64,000 bases of DNA, taken from positions 96,001 through 160,000 of IMG/VR virus record IMGVR_UViG_3300011008_000034, one strand, 5' to 3'. Source of the DNA: a virus (taxonomy: Duplodnaviria; Caudoviricetes). Both the position numbers and the translations under genes were made by a program. The notes under the pieces are model-generated. The model was not told the origin of the DNA and did not search any database. It saw only the letters and a program-made list of their open reading frames with translations. The number at the start of each line of letters is the position of its first letter. Position 1 is the first letter of the stretch. Positions 39,760 through 50,702 of the stretch are shown here, one piece after another.

Positions 39760-41052
39760 TTATTGGATTATTCCGTTTTCATCAAAAATAGCAAATATAT
39801 TTTCCGAATCATGAATGCATAATGAATCAACATTAATGTATATTAAATCGTAATTTTTTAAACATTCATAACAAAAATCAAATAAAGATAAAAGTTCTTT
39901 ATCTTCAAATATGATATCATATGTTGTTACATAACGAATAATCTTATATCCTTGTTTAATGATTGATTGATTTCGTTTTTCTTCATAATTAGTTGTATCA
40001 AAATTTTTATAATACAAGTGTCCTCCACCATCATATTCAATGTCATATTTTTGATTATTTTTCTCTATTACCATATCTAAAAGATAACGTTTTGCTATAA
40101 TGTGTTGTTCTGCGTTTAAAATTTGTGCTAATAAATCTTGTTCTTTTGATGATTGACACGTGCCGTTTTCTTTTTTACCAATAAGCATTTTTTCCATAAT
40201 TTTATCATTTTGATACATATACTCAACACCATAACGTTCAAATGTAGTTGCTTTTATTTTTTCAAGTATTTCCGGATGTTCTTGATATGCTTTTTTATGA
40301 CTTTCAGAACTTTTTTTCTTTATTTCAGGATTTTTACTAACATTATCATATTGGTATTTTTCTATACATGTTTTCTTTCGTTTTTCTTGAATTTGTTCTT
40401 TTTTCTCAGAAGAAAAATTTTGTATTGTTTGTTTTTGTTTTTCTTTTGCTCCAGGAACTTCCATTGGATTAGTTGTATTATATCTTTCTAGCATAGTGTT
40501 GTTAAATTTGTTTTTTACATTAGGATTTTGCCATGGATAGTCACATCCATATCTTTCTCTACTAGTAGCTTTTAATTTTTCTTGTAGCTGTTGATATCCT
40601 TCAGGATTTATCTCTTTATCATAATGATTTTTATATGTATTTAACGCTTTTTCTTTAAATTGTGAACATTGCATTGGTTTTTCGCATCCGTATTTTTTTA
40701 AATTTGTTATTTTTGATAGCTTATTTCCACATTTTCTTCCACAAGAAAATGGTAAATTATTTTTTACACGGTAAGCTATTCTTCCAAATGGAACTGAAAA
40801 TTCTCTATAACATACATCACATTTACAATCAACAATTGCAGTACAACAATCACTTAAATCCTCAATTTTTACAGGAAATTTATCGTTAAACTTTGTAAAT
40901 ATATATCCTTTTGATTCATAATATTTTTTATTTACTCCATTCCATGTTACCGTAGCAAATTTACTTAATAGCATTTTATCACCCCATAAAAAATAATGGT
41001 AAAAATTCTTTACCATTATTTTATAAAAATTATTTAGAATGTTAATCTCCAA
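39760..41052 (-). CDS. Putative free-standing homing endonuclease (same family as 18274-19218)
   Basis: KKYYESKGY...EDL...C.CDVC, repeated T..(E/K)(R/K)YG...P motifs and LDM...DIEYDGGGH; start is probably MLLSK. Confidence 0.65.
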   Translation of the reverse strand: MEINILNNFYKIMVKNFYHYFLWGDKMLLSKFATVTWNGVNKKYYESKGYIFTKFNDKFPVKIEDLSDCCTAIVDCKCDVCYREFSVPFGRIAYRVKNNLPFSCGRKCGNKLSKITNLKKYGCEKPMQCSQFKEKALNTYKNHYDKEINPEGYQQLQEKLKATSRERYGCDYPWQNPNVKNKFNNTMLERYNTTNPMEVPGAKEKQKQTIQNFSSEKKEQIQEKRKKTCIEKYQYDNVSKNPEIKKKSSESHKKAYQEHPEILEKIKATTFERYGVEYMYQNDKIMEKMLIGKKENGTCQSSKEQDLLAQILNAEQHIIAKRYLLDMVIEKNNQKYDIEYDGGGHLYYKNFDTTNYEEKRNQSIIKQGYKIIRYVTTYDIIFEDKELLSLFDFCYECLKNYDLIYINVDSLCIHDSENIFAIFDENGIIQ

Positions 41053-41639
41053 ATTATAGAAATCCTATGGTTGTTTGTCTTAGATATACATTCGAAACTT
41101 TTCATATTGAACATGATACCTGATCCTTTTTCACTAGTAGCGTTTCCCCCGAATAATGCTACTTCATTTAATGGGGCATTCGCTTCGTCTTCAGTTAGTG
41201 TAGTACTAATTTGAAGAATATTTGTAGCTACATCAGATATTGACCCATCAGGATTTAAGAAATTCCAAGAAGTAAATTGTTTTCTAAAAATTTCATTGGT
41301 TAATTGTGTTCTATCTAATGTTGGTTCTGGAGGATTTAAAATATCATATGCATCTCTATCTACAGGATTTGTTTCTTTATCATATTCTCTAGTAGAGTCT
41401 GTTAATATTCCTGTTCCTACGGCTAGGTATTGAAGTCCATGGTCAAAATAATCTCCTTCAAAACTTTCTTCTTCACCACCTGTAATAGCGCCGGGAGCCA
41501 TTCGACCAGCCATTAACGTACTTGCTGCAGAAACAATGAGGTTATGGTCTTCTATTTCTCGTACGACTTTATCTTTTTCATACATTGTGATTTTTATCTC
41601 ACCATGAGGTTTTTTATATTTTTTTTCAATTAAAATCAA
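41034..41639 (-). CDS. Baseplate/tail-collar structural protein
   Basis: HNLIV...YLAVGTG...T.L.NEIFRK...EAN..L.E.ALFGG...I.W.LTF. Confidence 0.7.
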   Translation of the reverse strand: MILIEKKYKKPHGEIKITMYEKDKVVREIEDHNLIVSAASTLMAGRMAPGAITGGEEESFEGDYFDHGLQYLAVGTGILTDSTREYDKETNPVDRDAYDILNPPEPTLDRTQLTNEIFRKQFTSWNFLNPDGSISDVATNILQISTTLTEDEANAPLNEVALFGGNATSEKGSGIMFNMKSFECISKTNNHRISIIWRLTF

Positions 41640-41652
41640 AATGATTCACTCC

Positions 41653-43629
41653 TTAATCTATATCAATCTTATTCATGGGAATAGTTTTACGTACTGGTGT
41701 TACATCATATAAATCATGATGAGGTACTTCGCAGAATACTAAGCAATTAATAAATAATTCAGTATCTATACTGCCAGATTGATATACAGTAAATTTATTT
41801 TCTTCTTCAGTATCAACAAATGTTTCACCAATTTGTCCAGTTTCATCTATTTCACCAGAGGAAATTAACCATGGCGTACTTAAACATACACTATAATTTT
41901 CCCCAAATGATAGTGATTCTTTTGTAATGCCTTCAGGACCATTTAAATTTAATGAAAACATTTCAAGATTACGAATTGTACTATCTGAAATATCAATTAA
42001 TACCCAAGTAAATTCATTGTCAGTGGTAGAAACAGTTTCACCAGTATCATCAGTTGTTAAACCAGTATTGAATACTGTAAATGATGTTTGATTTAATCTG
42101 ATATAAATATCGCCATTACGTCCATTAGTATCTTCATTTGGAATAATAGAAATAAAATGTATATCGTTATTTATGTCAAATCCGACATCAATTTCAGTTC
42201 CATCTGTACCATTAAATACATCTGTGCCAGACATAACATATTTATCATTTGCATTAAAAGTAGCAAAATTCATTTGTAAGTCTTTAGCACCAGTATTATT
42301 AAAGATGAAATATTTTTTACCTTTAGTGATAAAATAATCGCCAAGTTCACCCTTTTCATCATAATTATATTCATACAATGTCGGGATTACTACATAATCT
42401 TCTTCTTCAAATTGATTTCCGACATAGTATTTATTTTTACGATAAATAATTAATGAATCATCATCATGAGGGATTAAATACCCACCAGACGTAATACCAT
42501 TTTGACGATAGCAATCTATTCCATAAATTTTTTTATCATATATAGAAGGAATTGAATATCCAAGATTATGTAAAATTGTATCACATGCTTTTAAATCAAT
42601 AGATAAGTGATTGATTTTATTTTTTAGCATGGTTTGATATTTATAAGCATCTTCTAATTTAGCATAAATTTTATTATATTGTGCTTCGCCTAATGCTGAT
42701 AAATGTCGTAAATCTACAATTTGGTCTTCATAAATAATATTAGAAAATTTATTATCCGGACGGTCAGATATTGAAGATTCATTGATATAATCAATTCCAC
42801 CATATGGATTCATTTCAGCAGAATATCCAGAATTATTTAATCGTCTAATAGTAAATAATGGAATTGCATAAATATACCCGTCAACCGTTGGGATTCTAGA
42901 AGTATTTCCTTCACCAGCAATATATAATCCTTCATCAGTTGTTGAGGGAATGAAATAATAATCTGTATAATATAAACCATTTAATCCTGTCGGATGAATT
43001 CTAGGATTAGGATTATTATCATCATCAATAAATCCCGTATTTGTCTTGTCTTCATAATCTTCGTAAACATTTATTCTCCATTGGAATTGTAATCTTCTAC
43101 TCGTTTCAATTCCGCATCTGTCATCAATAATAGAATAAGCAAGAACATCATTATCTTCATATCCATAACAATGTACTTGGTCATTTTGCTTTAATTCTTT
43201 AATCCAACATTGTAAGAATATAAAATCATTTCTTGTTCCAGCAACCGGAGGATTAGAAAGACGTACATCAATATTTTTTTCTACATTGTCTTCTATATAT
43301 TTTACATTAATAATATCTCCATTTACTACACATTTAAATGGGGGAAATGTAACTGTATTTGGTTTTCCTAATATAGGAAGAAAACATTTACTACAATTAT
43401 GAATATTGTTTTCATCGTCTAATTCCGGATTTTCTGTAATAACTCCAGAATTGGTGATTTCTCGAATTAAATTAGATGTTTGTTCTGAATTAATAAACTG
43501 CATTTCATTTAATTCTTGTTCTGTTACGTATGCATCAGAGCCAATATTTAAAGACTTAAAACTGGCTTTTTGATTATATTTTCCTTTATATGGATATGTA
43601 AAAGTGGGATTTGAGTCTATCAGGGACAT
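41653..43629 (-). CDS. Tail fibre/baseplate protein
   Basis: Shares the ELNEMQ, ETSRR, YAIP.F..RR.N and RPD...DLR blocks with 24179-27808. Confidence 0.7.
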   Translation of the reverse strand: MSLIDSNPTFTYPYKGKYNQKASFKSLNIGSDAYVTEQELNEMQFINSEQTSNLIREITNSGVITENPELDDENNIHNCSKCFLPILGKPNTVTFPPFKCVVNGDIINVKYIEDNVEKNIDVRLSNPPVAGTRNDFIFLQCWIKELKQNDQVHCYGYEDNDVLAYSIIDDRCGIETSRRLQFQWRINVYEDYEDKTNTGFIDDDNNPNPRIHPTGLNGLYYTDYYFIPSTTDEGLYIAGEGNTSRIPTVDGYIYAIPLFTIRRLNNSGYSAEMNPYGGIDYINESSISDRPDNKFSNIIYEDQIVDLRHLSALGEAQYNKIYAKLEDAYKYQTMLKNKINHLSIDLKACDTILHNLGYSIPSIYDKKIYGIDCYRQNGITSGGYLIPHDDDSLIIYRKNKYYVGNQFEEEDYVVIPTLYEYNYDEKGELGDYFITKGKKYFIFNNTGAKDLQMNFATFNANDKYVMSGTDVFNGTDGTEIDVGFDINNDIHFISIIPNEDTNGRNGDIYIRLNQTSFTVFNTGLTTDDTGETVSTTDNEFTWVLIDISDSTIRNLEMFSLNLNGPEGITKESLSFGENYSVCLSTPWLISSGEIDETGQIGETFVDTEEENKFTVYQSGSIDTELFINCLVFCEVPHHDLYDVTPVRKTIPMNKIDID

Positions 43630-43643
43630 CCTATCACGCTCCT

Positions 43644-44297
43644 TTATGATTTGATTAAAATTTGATAATCATAAATTGTGTTTTCTTCATTTGTTTGATT
43701 TTTAAATTTAATATATAAAGGAGCTTTTTTATTCTTAAAAGTATCTCCTTTTTTATAATTTTTATTATCATAGCTATACAATACTGATATTGGTTTATCA
43801 CTATGCACTTGTACTGAAATTGTTTTTCCTTCTAATTTTAAGGGAAGTAATGAAATAATTCCATTACGTTGTAATTTAATGGTATTTACTCCTGCATCGC
43901 AATTATCACTTTCATTAATATCCATGTATTTATTTAAATTAAATTCATATAATCTGGCGTCATCATAGCCTTGATTAATATAAATTTGTTTCTTGCAAAT
44001 CATGACATCATATAATGAAAAATATTTAGGATAATGTGCAAAATCAACTATATTAAATGAAGTATTTTTTTGTGTTAATTTCTTTCCAATTTTATTGGTT
44101 GAAATAACATGATTTTTATCAATATATAATTGACGGCCTTGTTCATCTAAAATATCAGAAATTGTTTCTTTTTCTACAATTTTCTTTAGCTCATTTAAAT
44201 CATTTACATATACGCCTACAGTAAATGGCTTTATATAATTTGAACAGCCGATAGATTTTGAATTAATATCCATATCTTTCGAAAATAGTATATACAT
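43644..44297 (-). CDS. Hypothetical virion-module protein
   Basis: ORF within the tail operon. Confidence 0.6.
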   Translation of the reverse strand: MYILFSKDMDINSKSIGCSNYIKPFTVGVYVNDLNELKKIVEKETISDILDEQGRQLYIDKNHVISTNKIGKKLTQKNTSFNIVDFAHYPKYFSLYDVMICKKQIYINQGYDDARLYEFNLNKYMDINESDNCDAGVNTIKLQRNGIISLLPLKLEGKTISVQVHSDKPISVLYSYDNKNYKKGDTFKNKKAPLYIKFKNQTNEENTIYDYQILIKS

Positions 44298-47287
44298 TAA
44301 AAATCCTCCTCATTAACGAGTACTTCAACACCGTCAATTATTTCATATACTTTTATTGAACAAGCATCATGCATTTTTATAGGAAAACAAGTAGTTGATT
44401 GATTTGTAATAGAATGGTTTGTAATAAGCATACTTGGTTTTTCCACAAAATTATATGGTGCTTCTATAATTGGCATAGATTGAGATATAAGATTAAATTC
44501 TTCTGGTTTTGGAAATTGTTCTTGATGAATAATATCCAAAGATGTTTTTGATTCAATTTTTGGTTTAGGGAATTGTTCTTTTAAAATAAAATCTGTATTT
44601 ATTTCTAATACATCATCCATTTTCTCAACAAATCCGGTTTTATAGGAATTTGTCTTTAATCCCGTTTTTAAGACTTTATCTAATTTTATTCTATAAGGAA
44701 GTTCAGAAAAAGATAATTGTGAATTGAATAAATAATCATCTGATTTAGGTTCATAATTATCTTGATGATATAATTCTACAGTTAAAAGTAATTCATCTAA
44801 TGGTTTGGGTACATCATCACTTAATGTCATAGATAATTCAAATGTACAATCATCAGACAACATATATTTAAATCCAGTTACAAAATTATTTGTAGTTAAG
44901 CCTGTTCTTAATACTCTATCTTTATAATTCCGATATCCAAAACGTTGTTCAATTAATAGCATTTCTATATTTAATAAATCAAATTCTTCAGGCGTTTTTT
45001 CATATACTTCATTATAATTGGCATATACATCAAATTCATCTAATTCATGAGGAGTTTGATAATATTCTTTATGATTAATTACAGAAATATAATTATCTCT
45101 ATCATGCAAAGTATATTTAGGCCCTAAAACATATGCAGAATTTAAGTTGTGAACATTTGGATGAAATACTAGAGGATATTGTAATGACTTCCAGCCATAT
45201 TGGTTTGATTCTTCAAAATCATATACTATAACTTCATTTTTATCAGAATTTTTCCATTCTTCACCATGAATGGTTTCATATTGTGATTGATAATCTTCTT
45301 CACCAACATATGAAATAATAATGATGGGAATTGTATGAGCTGGTTTTGTAATATCTATAACTAAATGAATGTCTTTAATTAATAAATCTAAATCCCCACT
45401 AGCATCAAAACTTTTTTCGACATCTACATAAAACCGGTACTGATTTTCAAAACTCATATCTTCAGTCATGCCATATCGTTCATAATCTTTATACATTTCA
45501 TAAATATGGACCGTAAATCCTGTACATGTCATTAAAGCTTTTTCTATACTTGGTTTGGTTGCGCCGTGGAGCAATGATTCTATAATTGCAGATACTACAG
45601 AACGATATTTTTCTTCATCCCAGTCTCTGCGCTGTTCAACTTGAATCATACATCCGAAGTTATTATAAATCATATCTCCATGGGCGGTTTTTAAGTAATA
45701 ATTATCTTCTAATATGGTTCGTTCGTATTCTAAATCACCTAATTCCATAGCTAATGCACGTAAGAATTTAGGATAATTTAATCCATCATATGTTTCTTTA
45801 GGATAATCATTAGGAACGTCATCCAATAAAACTCGTGCATAATTTCGATAAATTTGCATTCGTTTTTCTGCTTCTGCATAAACACTGTCATCTACTTTCG
45901 CATCTAAAGATACTTCTTCTTCTACAAAAATAAAATCATAAGTCTTAAAGACAATATCTAATGGATTTAATAACATTCCATTAGTTTTATCAGGCAAATA
46001 ATAATATCTATTTGCTGCAGGCTTTAATGTTACTTTAGTATAAACAGGATTTTTTACTAATACTTGACGTTCTTTTGTTGGAAAAATAATCGTACCTAAT
46101 AATGATTTATCACTATTCATTAACATAATGCTGGTGACATCATCACTAATAACATATGGACGTTTATTTGCTAAATGATAGGTGTTATCTGCTAATTGAG
46201 TATATTGCTCTATTTTATTTAATATGAAATTAAATTGGTCATAAGCAGGTTTTTTAGTATTCCCTAAAAAATAGTAAAGTAAGCCATAACAATTTTTTTC
46301 TAAATCAGAATCTTCATTATAAAATTCATCTACTAGTTGTGTCTTAAAAGGAATAACATCACATGAATAAGCATTAATGATTTCTCTTAAATCTCTAAAT
46401 GCTTGAGTCTGTAAATCTGAAAAATTACCTTGTTCAGCTTGATGTCCTTGATATGTAGAATAATAAATAAATTGTTTAGATAAATTATTTCGTCTTAATT
46501 GAGTATTGATTCCATCTTTTAAATTTTTTATGATTTCAGGATATGATTCATATTTTAAGTCTTCAAAATCTTGTCTTCCTTGAAAAGCAAAAAAATCAAT
46601 ATAAGATAAAAATCCTGCAGGTTCGTCTACATCAGTATATTGATTCGTTCCATAATATTCTCCAATTGCTTCAGCTAACCAGCCTAAATGATAAGTATCA
46701 TTATCTGGAGTTTGATATGCAGACTTTACATAATTAGCAATTCCATGACTACATCCTGGACCACCAATTTGTATGTCTGGATATTTAATAGAAATAACTT
46801 CTTTAACATATTTTAAAATTTTGACATATAAATGTGCTGGACATTTTATTTTTCCCGCAGAATCTAAACTATCTGGTTCTGTACAAATTTGCCAGTATTT
46901 TACCCAAGAATAATTATTAATAATGTTTGCTGTAAATTGAGCATATGCCATATAATTTTGTTGAGTAACTACTGTGGGAAAATCTATTTCTAAAAATAGA
47001 TTTAATTTATAGTGTTGACATAAGTCTTTATATGTTTTTAATCTTTCAACAAAAGGCCATAATTCGCCATTAATTCCTGAATTAGCAATATATAATTGAT
47101 TATAATTATCTTTAGCAATGGGAATACTGTCAATGACTTCAGTAAAATTTAATTTTGATATATAAAGGAATAAATCTTCTAATTTTTGTTGTACTGCTTC
47201 TACTCCAGATAAGTCTTTATAATTCCAAACTTCTCCTAATAATGAATCACCATTTTTTAAAGCAGTCAGTCTTACGCCAGTTCTCAA
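44297..47287 (-). CDS. Baseplate wedge-like protein fused to an N-terminal clan GH-A-like domain
   Basis: VKYWQICTEPD, IGGPG and IDFFAF, then NFG......E.YR...L.G.T...I and KPAHT wedge motifs; follows the baseplate J gene. Confidence 0.6.
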   Translation of the reverse strand: MRTGVRLTALKNGDSLLGEVWNYKDLSGVEAVQQKLEDLFLYISKLNFTEVIDSIPIAKDNYNQLYIANSGINGELWPFVERLKTYKDLCQHYKLNLFLEIDFPTVVTQQNYMAYAQFTANIINNYSWVKYWQICTEPDSLDSAGKIKCPAHLYVKILKYVKEVISIKYPDIQIGGPGCSHGIANYVKSAYQTPDNDTYHLGWLAEAIGEYYGTNQYTDVDEPAGFLSYIDFFAFQGRQDFEDLKYESYPEIIKNLKDGINTQLRRNNLSKQFIYYSTYQGHQAEQGNFSDLQTQAFRDLREIINAYSCDVIPFKTQLVDEFYNEDSDLEKNCYGLLYYFLGNTKKPAYDQFNFILNKIEQYTQLADNTYHLANKRPYVISDDVTSIMLMNSDKSLLGTIIFPTKERQVLVKNPVYTKVTLKPAANRYYYLPDKTNGMLLNPLDIVFKTYDFIFVEEEVSLDAKVDDSVYAEAEKRMQIYRNYARVLLDDVPNDYPKETYDGLNYPKFLRALAMELGDLEYERTILEDNYYLKTAHGDMIYNNFGCMIQVEQRRDWDEEKYRSVVSAIIESLLHGATKPSIEKALMTCTGFTVHIYEMYKDYERYGMTEDMSFENQYRFYVDVEKSFDASGDLDLLIKDIHLVIDITKPAHTIPIIIISYVGEEDYQSQYETIHGEEWKNSDKNEVIVYDFEESNQYGWKSLQYPLVFHPNVHNLNSAYVLGPKYTLHDRDNYISVINHKEYYQTPHELDEFDVYANYNEVYEKTPEEFDLLNIEMLLIEQRFGYRNYKDRVLRTGLTTNNFVTGFKYMLSDDCTFELSMTLSDDVPKPLDELLLTVELYHQDNYEPKSDDYLFNSQLSFSELPYRIKLDKVLKTGLKTNSYKTGFVEKMDDVLEINTDFILKEQFPKPKIESKTSLDIIHQEQFPKPEEFNLISQSMPIIEAPYNFVEKPSMLITNHSITNQSTTCFPIKMHDACSIKVYEIIDGVEVLVNEEDF

Positions 47288-47303
47288 AAGATTTCACCTT
47301 CCT

Positions 47304-49232
47304 TTATATTACAATTTCTGACTCAGAAATAACTTTGATTTCTATATTTTTGATTCTAAAATATTCGTTTGCTTCTAACTGGATTTTAGCTACTTCACTA
47401 TGATTAATAATAGATAATGATACTTTGTCTAAATCAACCTGAGTAATTCCATAAGTATCTCTTGCAAATGCTACTAAAGTAGATTCTTCTAAGACGTCAC
47501 CCATTCTTAATAAATTATTGACATAATTTGATATTTTTGTTGTTATAGTTCCTGATACTACAGACGAATCTACATTTTCAGTACAATAACAAGTCATTAA
47601 TATTTGCACAGGTACTTCGTAAGCTTCTCTCATTAAAATATCTGCAGTTAAGATTTTTATAGAATTCATATCTTGTTGCAATAAATAAATTAATGTATTA
47701 TATGTGTAACTAATATTTAATGAATCTCCTTCTTGCAAGATATTATCTTTTAGCCAATGAATACGATTAGTAGCAAATACGCTGCCGCCTAAATCTTCAT
47801 TAATTAATGATTCATATTTTTGTCCTGAATAATCATTTTTTAGTAATATGTAATCAGGTGTATCGTAATACCGAAGGAATATGCGGTCATCACGCTTCAC
47901 GAATGTTCTCCCGTTTAATCGTTTATCAACAGCTATAATTTTATATGGAATACCATTGAAATACACTTTCTGGAACATCGGAGGAACTTCGTATTGTGAT
48001 ATGTCTTCATAAGTAACAAGACTCCAATTGATATTATAATTAATATTTTCCAAATAATTTAAAGCGTCTTTTAATTCTTCATCTAATTGCTTTTTCAAAA
48101 TTTCGACTTCAGTTGCGTCTTGAATATCTAATGGATATAAATCTACATCAGGGAATGTGTCAGTAATAGAAAAATCCCATAAAATATCTTTAAAATATGT
48201 TTCTTGTTCAACATTATCTAATACACCATATTCAACTTCATATTTATCAGCATTTTCATATACATATCCAGATGTATTAGAAGTAATTGATGTAATTGAA
48301 TAAACCGGCTGATTATATAATGTAATATCTTTATCTTCACGAGATAAATATTCTGTGGTGATTTGATGTTGGTAAGTAGATTCCATTAATTGTCTTCCGC
48401 GAATCCAAATATCTACCATGCCGCCACGTCCAAAAACATATTCGCCAGCAACATTTAGATATCCACCATCACGAAACATAATCTGATCTCCACCACCAAC
48501 AACCAATGCATCTTCTACATAATCTTGTTGAATAACATATTTTAGATATCCATTTTTAGTACAAATACTGGCTCCTAAAACTGACAACATAATCCTGAAA
48601 CGAAGAGATATGTCATTTTCCATATCTTCTCCGCCTTGTGTAGCAGAGACATTAGCCACACTGTCAATTCCTTCAATTGGAGATGTAGCAATTAATATTG
48701 TACCAGATGATACATTAGAATCCTGTCCTGCTTCAACTGCTTCTATGGGAACTTCAATATATTTATAATTATTCGTATAATCAGTTAAAAGACTTAGTAT
48801 TTCATTACGTGTAATAAATACAGATTCTGTAGTAATGAATTCTACATAAGGAACGACACTTGTTTCTACTGTAGCTACTCTAAAATTTAATGGAATATAA
48901 ATAGATGCAGGCAAATCTTCTGTTTTAACATCTTGTTTATTTGTATTAGTAACGTAAAATCTTATTGTTCCAGTAGATTTTGTAGCGGTTTTTCTCATTG
49001 CAAAATAATTTCCTGCTATTCTATCTAAATCTTGTCCAGAAGCAGTTAAAACAGATTGATTGATTTCCATAATCTTTAAATCTGCATATGTTGCTCCAAG
49101 TTCATCAGATACTGGCATAATAATTACATCTGATGTCCAAGTACCAGGTTTTGTATCTGCACTAGGTAATCGGTCATTTACTCCATTTCTTAAACTTTGA
49201 GAGATTTCATCAAACATTTTTTGTCTAATCAA
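47304..49232 (-). CDS. Baseplate J-like protein
   Basis: TASGQDLD.IA.NY...RK.AT..TG, A..AG..SNV, GG.D.E.D..LR.R and GG.VDIWI.G. Confidence 0.85.
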   Translation of the reverse strand: MIRQKMFDEISQSLRNGVNDRLPSADTKPGTWTSDVIIMPVSDELGATYADLKIMEINQSVLTASGQDLDRIAGNYFAMRKTATKSTGTIRFYVTNTNKQDVKTEDLPASIYIPLNFRVATVETSVVPYVEFITTESVFITRNEILSLLTDYTNNYKYIEVPIEAVEAGQDSNVSSGTILIATSPIEGIDSVANVSATQGGEDMENDISLRFRIMLSVLGASICTKNGYLKYVIQQDYVEDALVVGGGDQIMFRDGGYLNVAGEYVFGRGGMVDIWIRGRQLMESTYQHQITTEYLSREDKDITLYNQPVYSITSITSNTSGYVYENADKYEVEYGVLDNVEQETYFKDILWDFSITDTFPDVDLYPLDIQDATEVEILKKQLDEELKDALNYLENINYNINWSLVTYEDISQYEVPPMFQKVYFNGIPYKIIAVDKRLNGRTFVKRDDRIFLRYYDTPDYILLKNDYSGQKYESLINEDLGGSVFATNRIHWLKDNILQEGDSLNISYTYNTLIYLLQQDMNSIKILTADILMREAYEVPVQILMTCYCTENVDSSVVSGTITTKISNYVNNLLRMGDVLEESTLVAFARDTYGITQVDLDKVSLSIINHSEVAKIQLEANEYFRIKNIEIKVISESEIVI

Positions 49233-49245
49233 ACATATTCACCTC

Positions 49246-49734
49246 CTATCCTGTATAAATAGTTTGGTCATAAATTTCATTGCTTTGATTTTTTATTGTT
49301 ACATTTATATCGTATCCACGAGAAAATTGTGTTGTTTGAATAGATTCTACATCTAATAGAATTTCATCACTAGTCATATTATCATATGATGCATTTTGAG
49401 ATTGTTGTAACATTTTTAGATAATCTAATGACATACGTATAGCCATTTCACATTTTGCTACAGGCATATTAGTCATTTTTGTACCAATGATATTATGAAT
49501 TGTTGAACCCCATCTATCAAAAAATAAATTATTCCCTCGTTCATCATTAATTATTTTTAATACTTCTTGTTGAAGTTTTATTGTTCCTGTTGCTAATACT
49601 GGATTTCCAGTAGGGTCAAATGATATATCATAATAATACCCTTTCCCTAAACATTTAGGACATAAATCGTAAGTATATTGTTTTCCATTTGAATAATGGT
49701 CACATTGACAAAACATTTTAATATCTGTCGACAT
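49246..49734 (-). CDS. gp25/gpW-like baseplate wedge protein
   Basis: KLQQ.V.KII....G.N.F...WGS.I..IIG; lies upstream of baseplate J. Confidence 0.7.
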   Translation of the reverse strand: MSTDIKMFCQCDHYSNGKQYTYDLCPKCLGKGYYYDISFDPTGNPVLATGTIKLQQEVLKIINDERGNNLFFDRWGSTIHNIIGTKMTNMPVAKCEMAIRMSLDYLKMLQQSQNASYDNMTSDEILLDVESIQTTQFSRGYDINVTIKNQSNEIYDQTIYTG

Positions 49735-49757
49735 AAAATCCCCTCCAAATATGGAGA

Positions 49758-50654
49758 TTAATTATTCTTCTGGCTTGCAGTATTTTCGTTCATAGCACCA
49801 ACGTTACTCTGTACAGCACCAGCGGTTCTATTGATTCCATCATGAGTTAATTCTAATGATGTTTTACCACCAGTAAGCATACTAATTCCTTGTGGTGTTA
49901 TTCTTAAACCAGAACGCTGTTCTTTTGATGCACCTTGTGCTGAGATTTCTATAAATCCATTATCTGCATCCATTCTAATCCATAATTCACAAGATGCTTT
50001 AACTTTTTGGTCTCCTTCTTTCGCATCACGGTCTTGGTCGCCTGCATTTGCAGCTGCAAATATATCTAATTTATTACTCCAACGAGTATGAATATAGTTA
50101 TTTCCTGCACCTTTTATCATGATTTCACCAGGTTTTAAATATGGTTTGCATGATTTAAAATCTGGATTCAAATATCCTAAAATATAAACATCATGACGTC
50201 GTCCAAAACCTACAATAACTTCAGAATTTAAGGGAGGAATATAATTAATTCCTGCCCAAGTATCTTGTCCTACCCACATGAATGGATATGATAATGGAAT
50301 TTTTTCTTCATTTGATTTATTTGTTACTTCATCTAATACTCTATCTTCAGGATTATAACTAATATCTTTATAATCTGTCATATTACTTTGTCTAGGAGAT
50401 ATATATCCAGCAATTTCCATCGTTAAAATAACTTTTCCAGTTGTTTCATTAACAGCTGTTTTTACATCCAACATGTTATATGTTGTTGGAGATAAGTTGT
50501 TTAATTGCGGATTCCAAATCCTAGCGGAACGGATAAACATGATTGTATTATCATCTAATTTATTATCTTTCGTTTGTCCATATTCAATATGAGCATCGGT
50601 CGGCTCTACATAAGTAAACGAACCATCGTGATATAAATAAGGCATTAATATCAC
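49758..50654 (-). CDS. Baseplate spike/gpV-like protein
   Basis: GI.YIP..NSEV.VGF...YILGY...LKPGE OB-fold pattern with a beta-rich C-terminus. Confidence 0.6.
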   Translation of the reverse strand: MILMPYLYHDGSFTYVEPTDAHIEYGQTKDNKLDDNTIMFIRSARIWNPQLNNLSPTTYNMLDVKTAVNETTGKVILTMEIAGYISPRQSNMTDYKDISYNPEDRVLDEVTNKSNEEKIPLSYPFMWVGQDTWAGINYIPPLNSEVIVGFGRRHDVYILGYLNPDFKSCKPYLKPGEIMIKGAGNNYIHTRWSNKLDIFAAANAGDQDRDAKEGDQKVKASCELWIRMDADNGFIEISAQGASKEQRSGLRITPQGISMLTGGKTSLELTHDGINRTAGAVQSNVGAMNENTASQKNN

Positions 50655-50702
50655 TCCTTTCTAAAAAAAATATACCTCGAAATGAATCAAGGTATATCAA
50701 TT

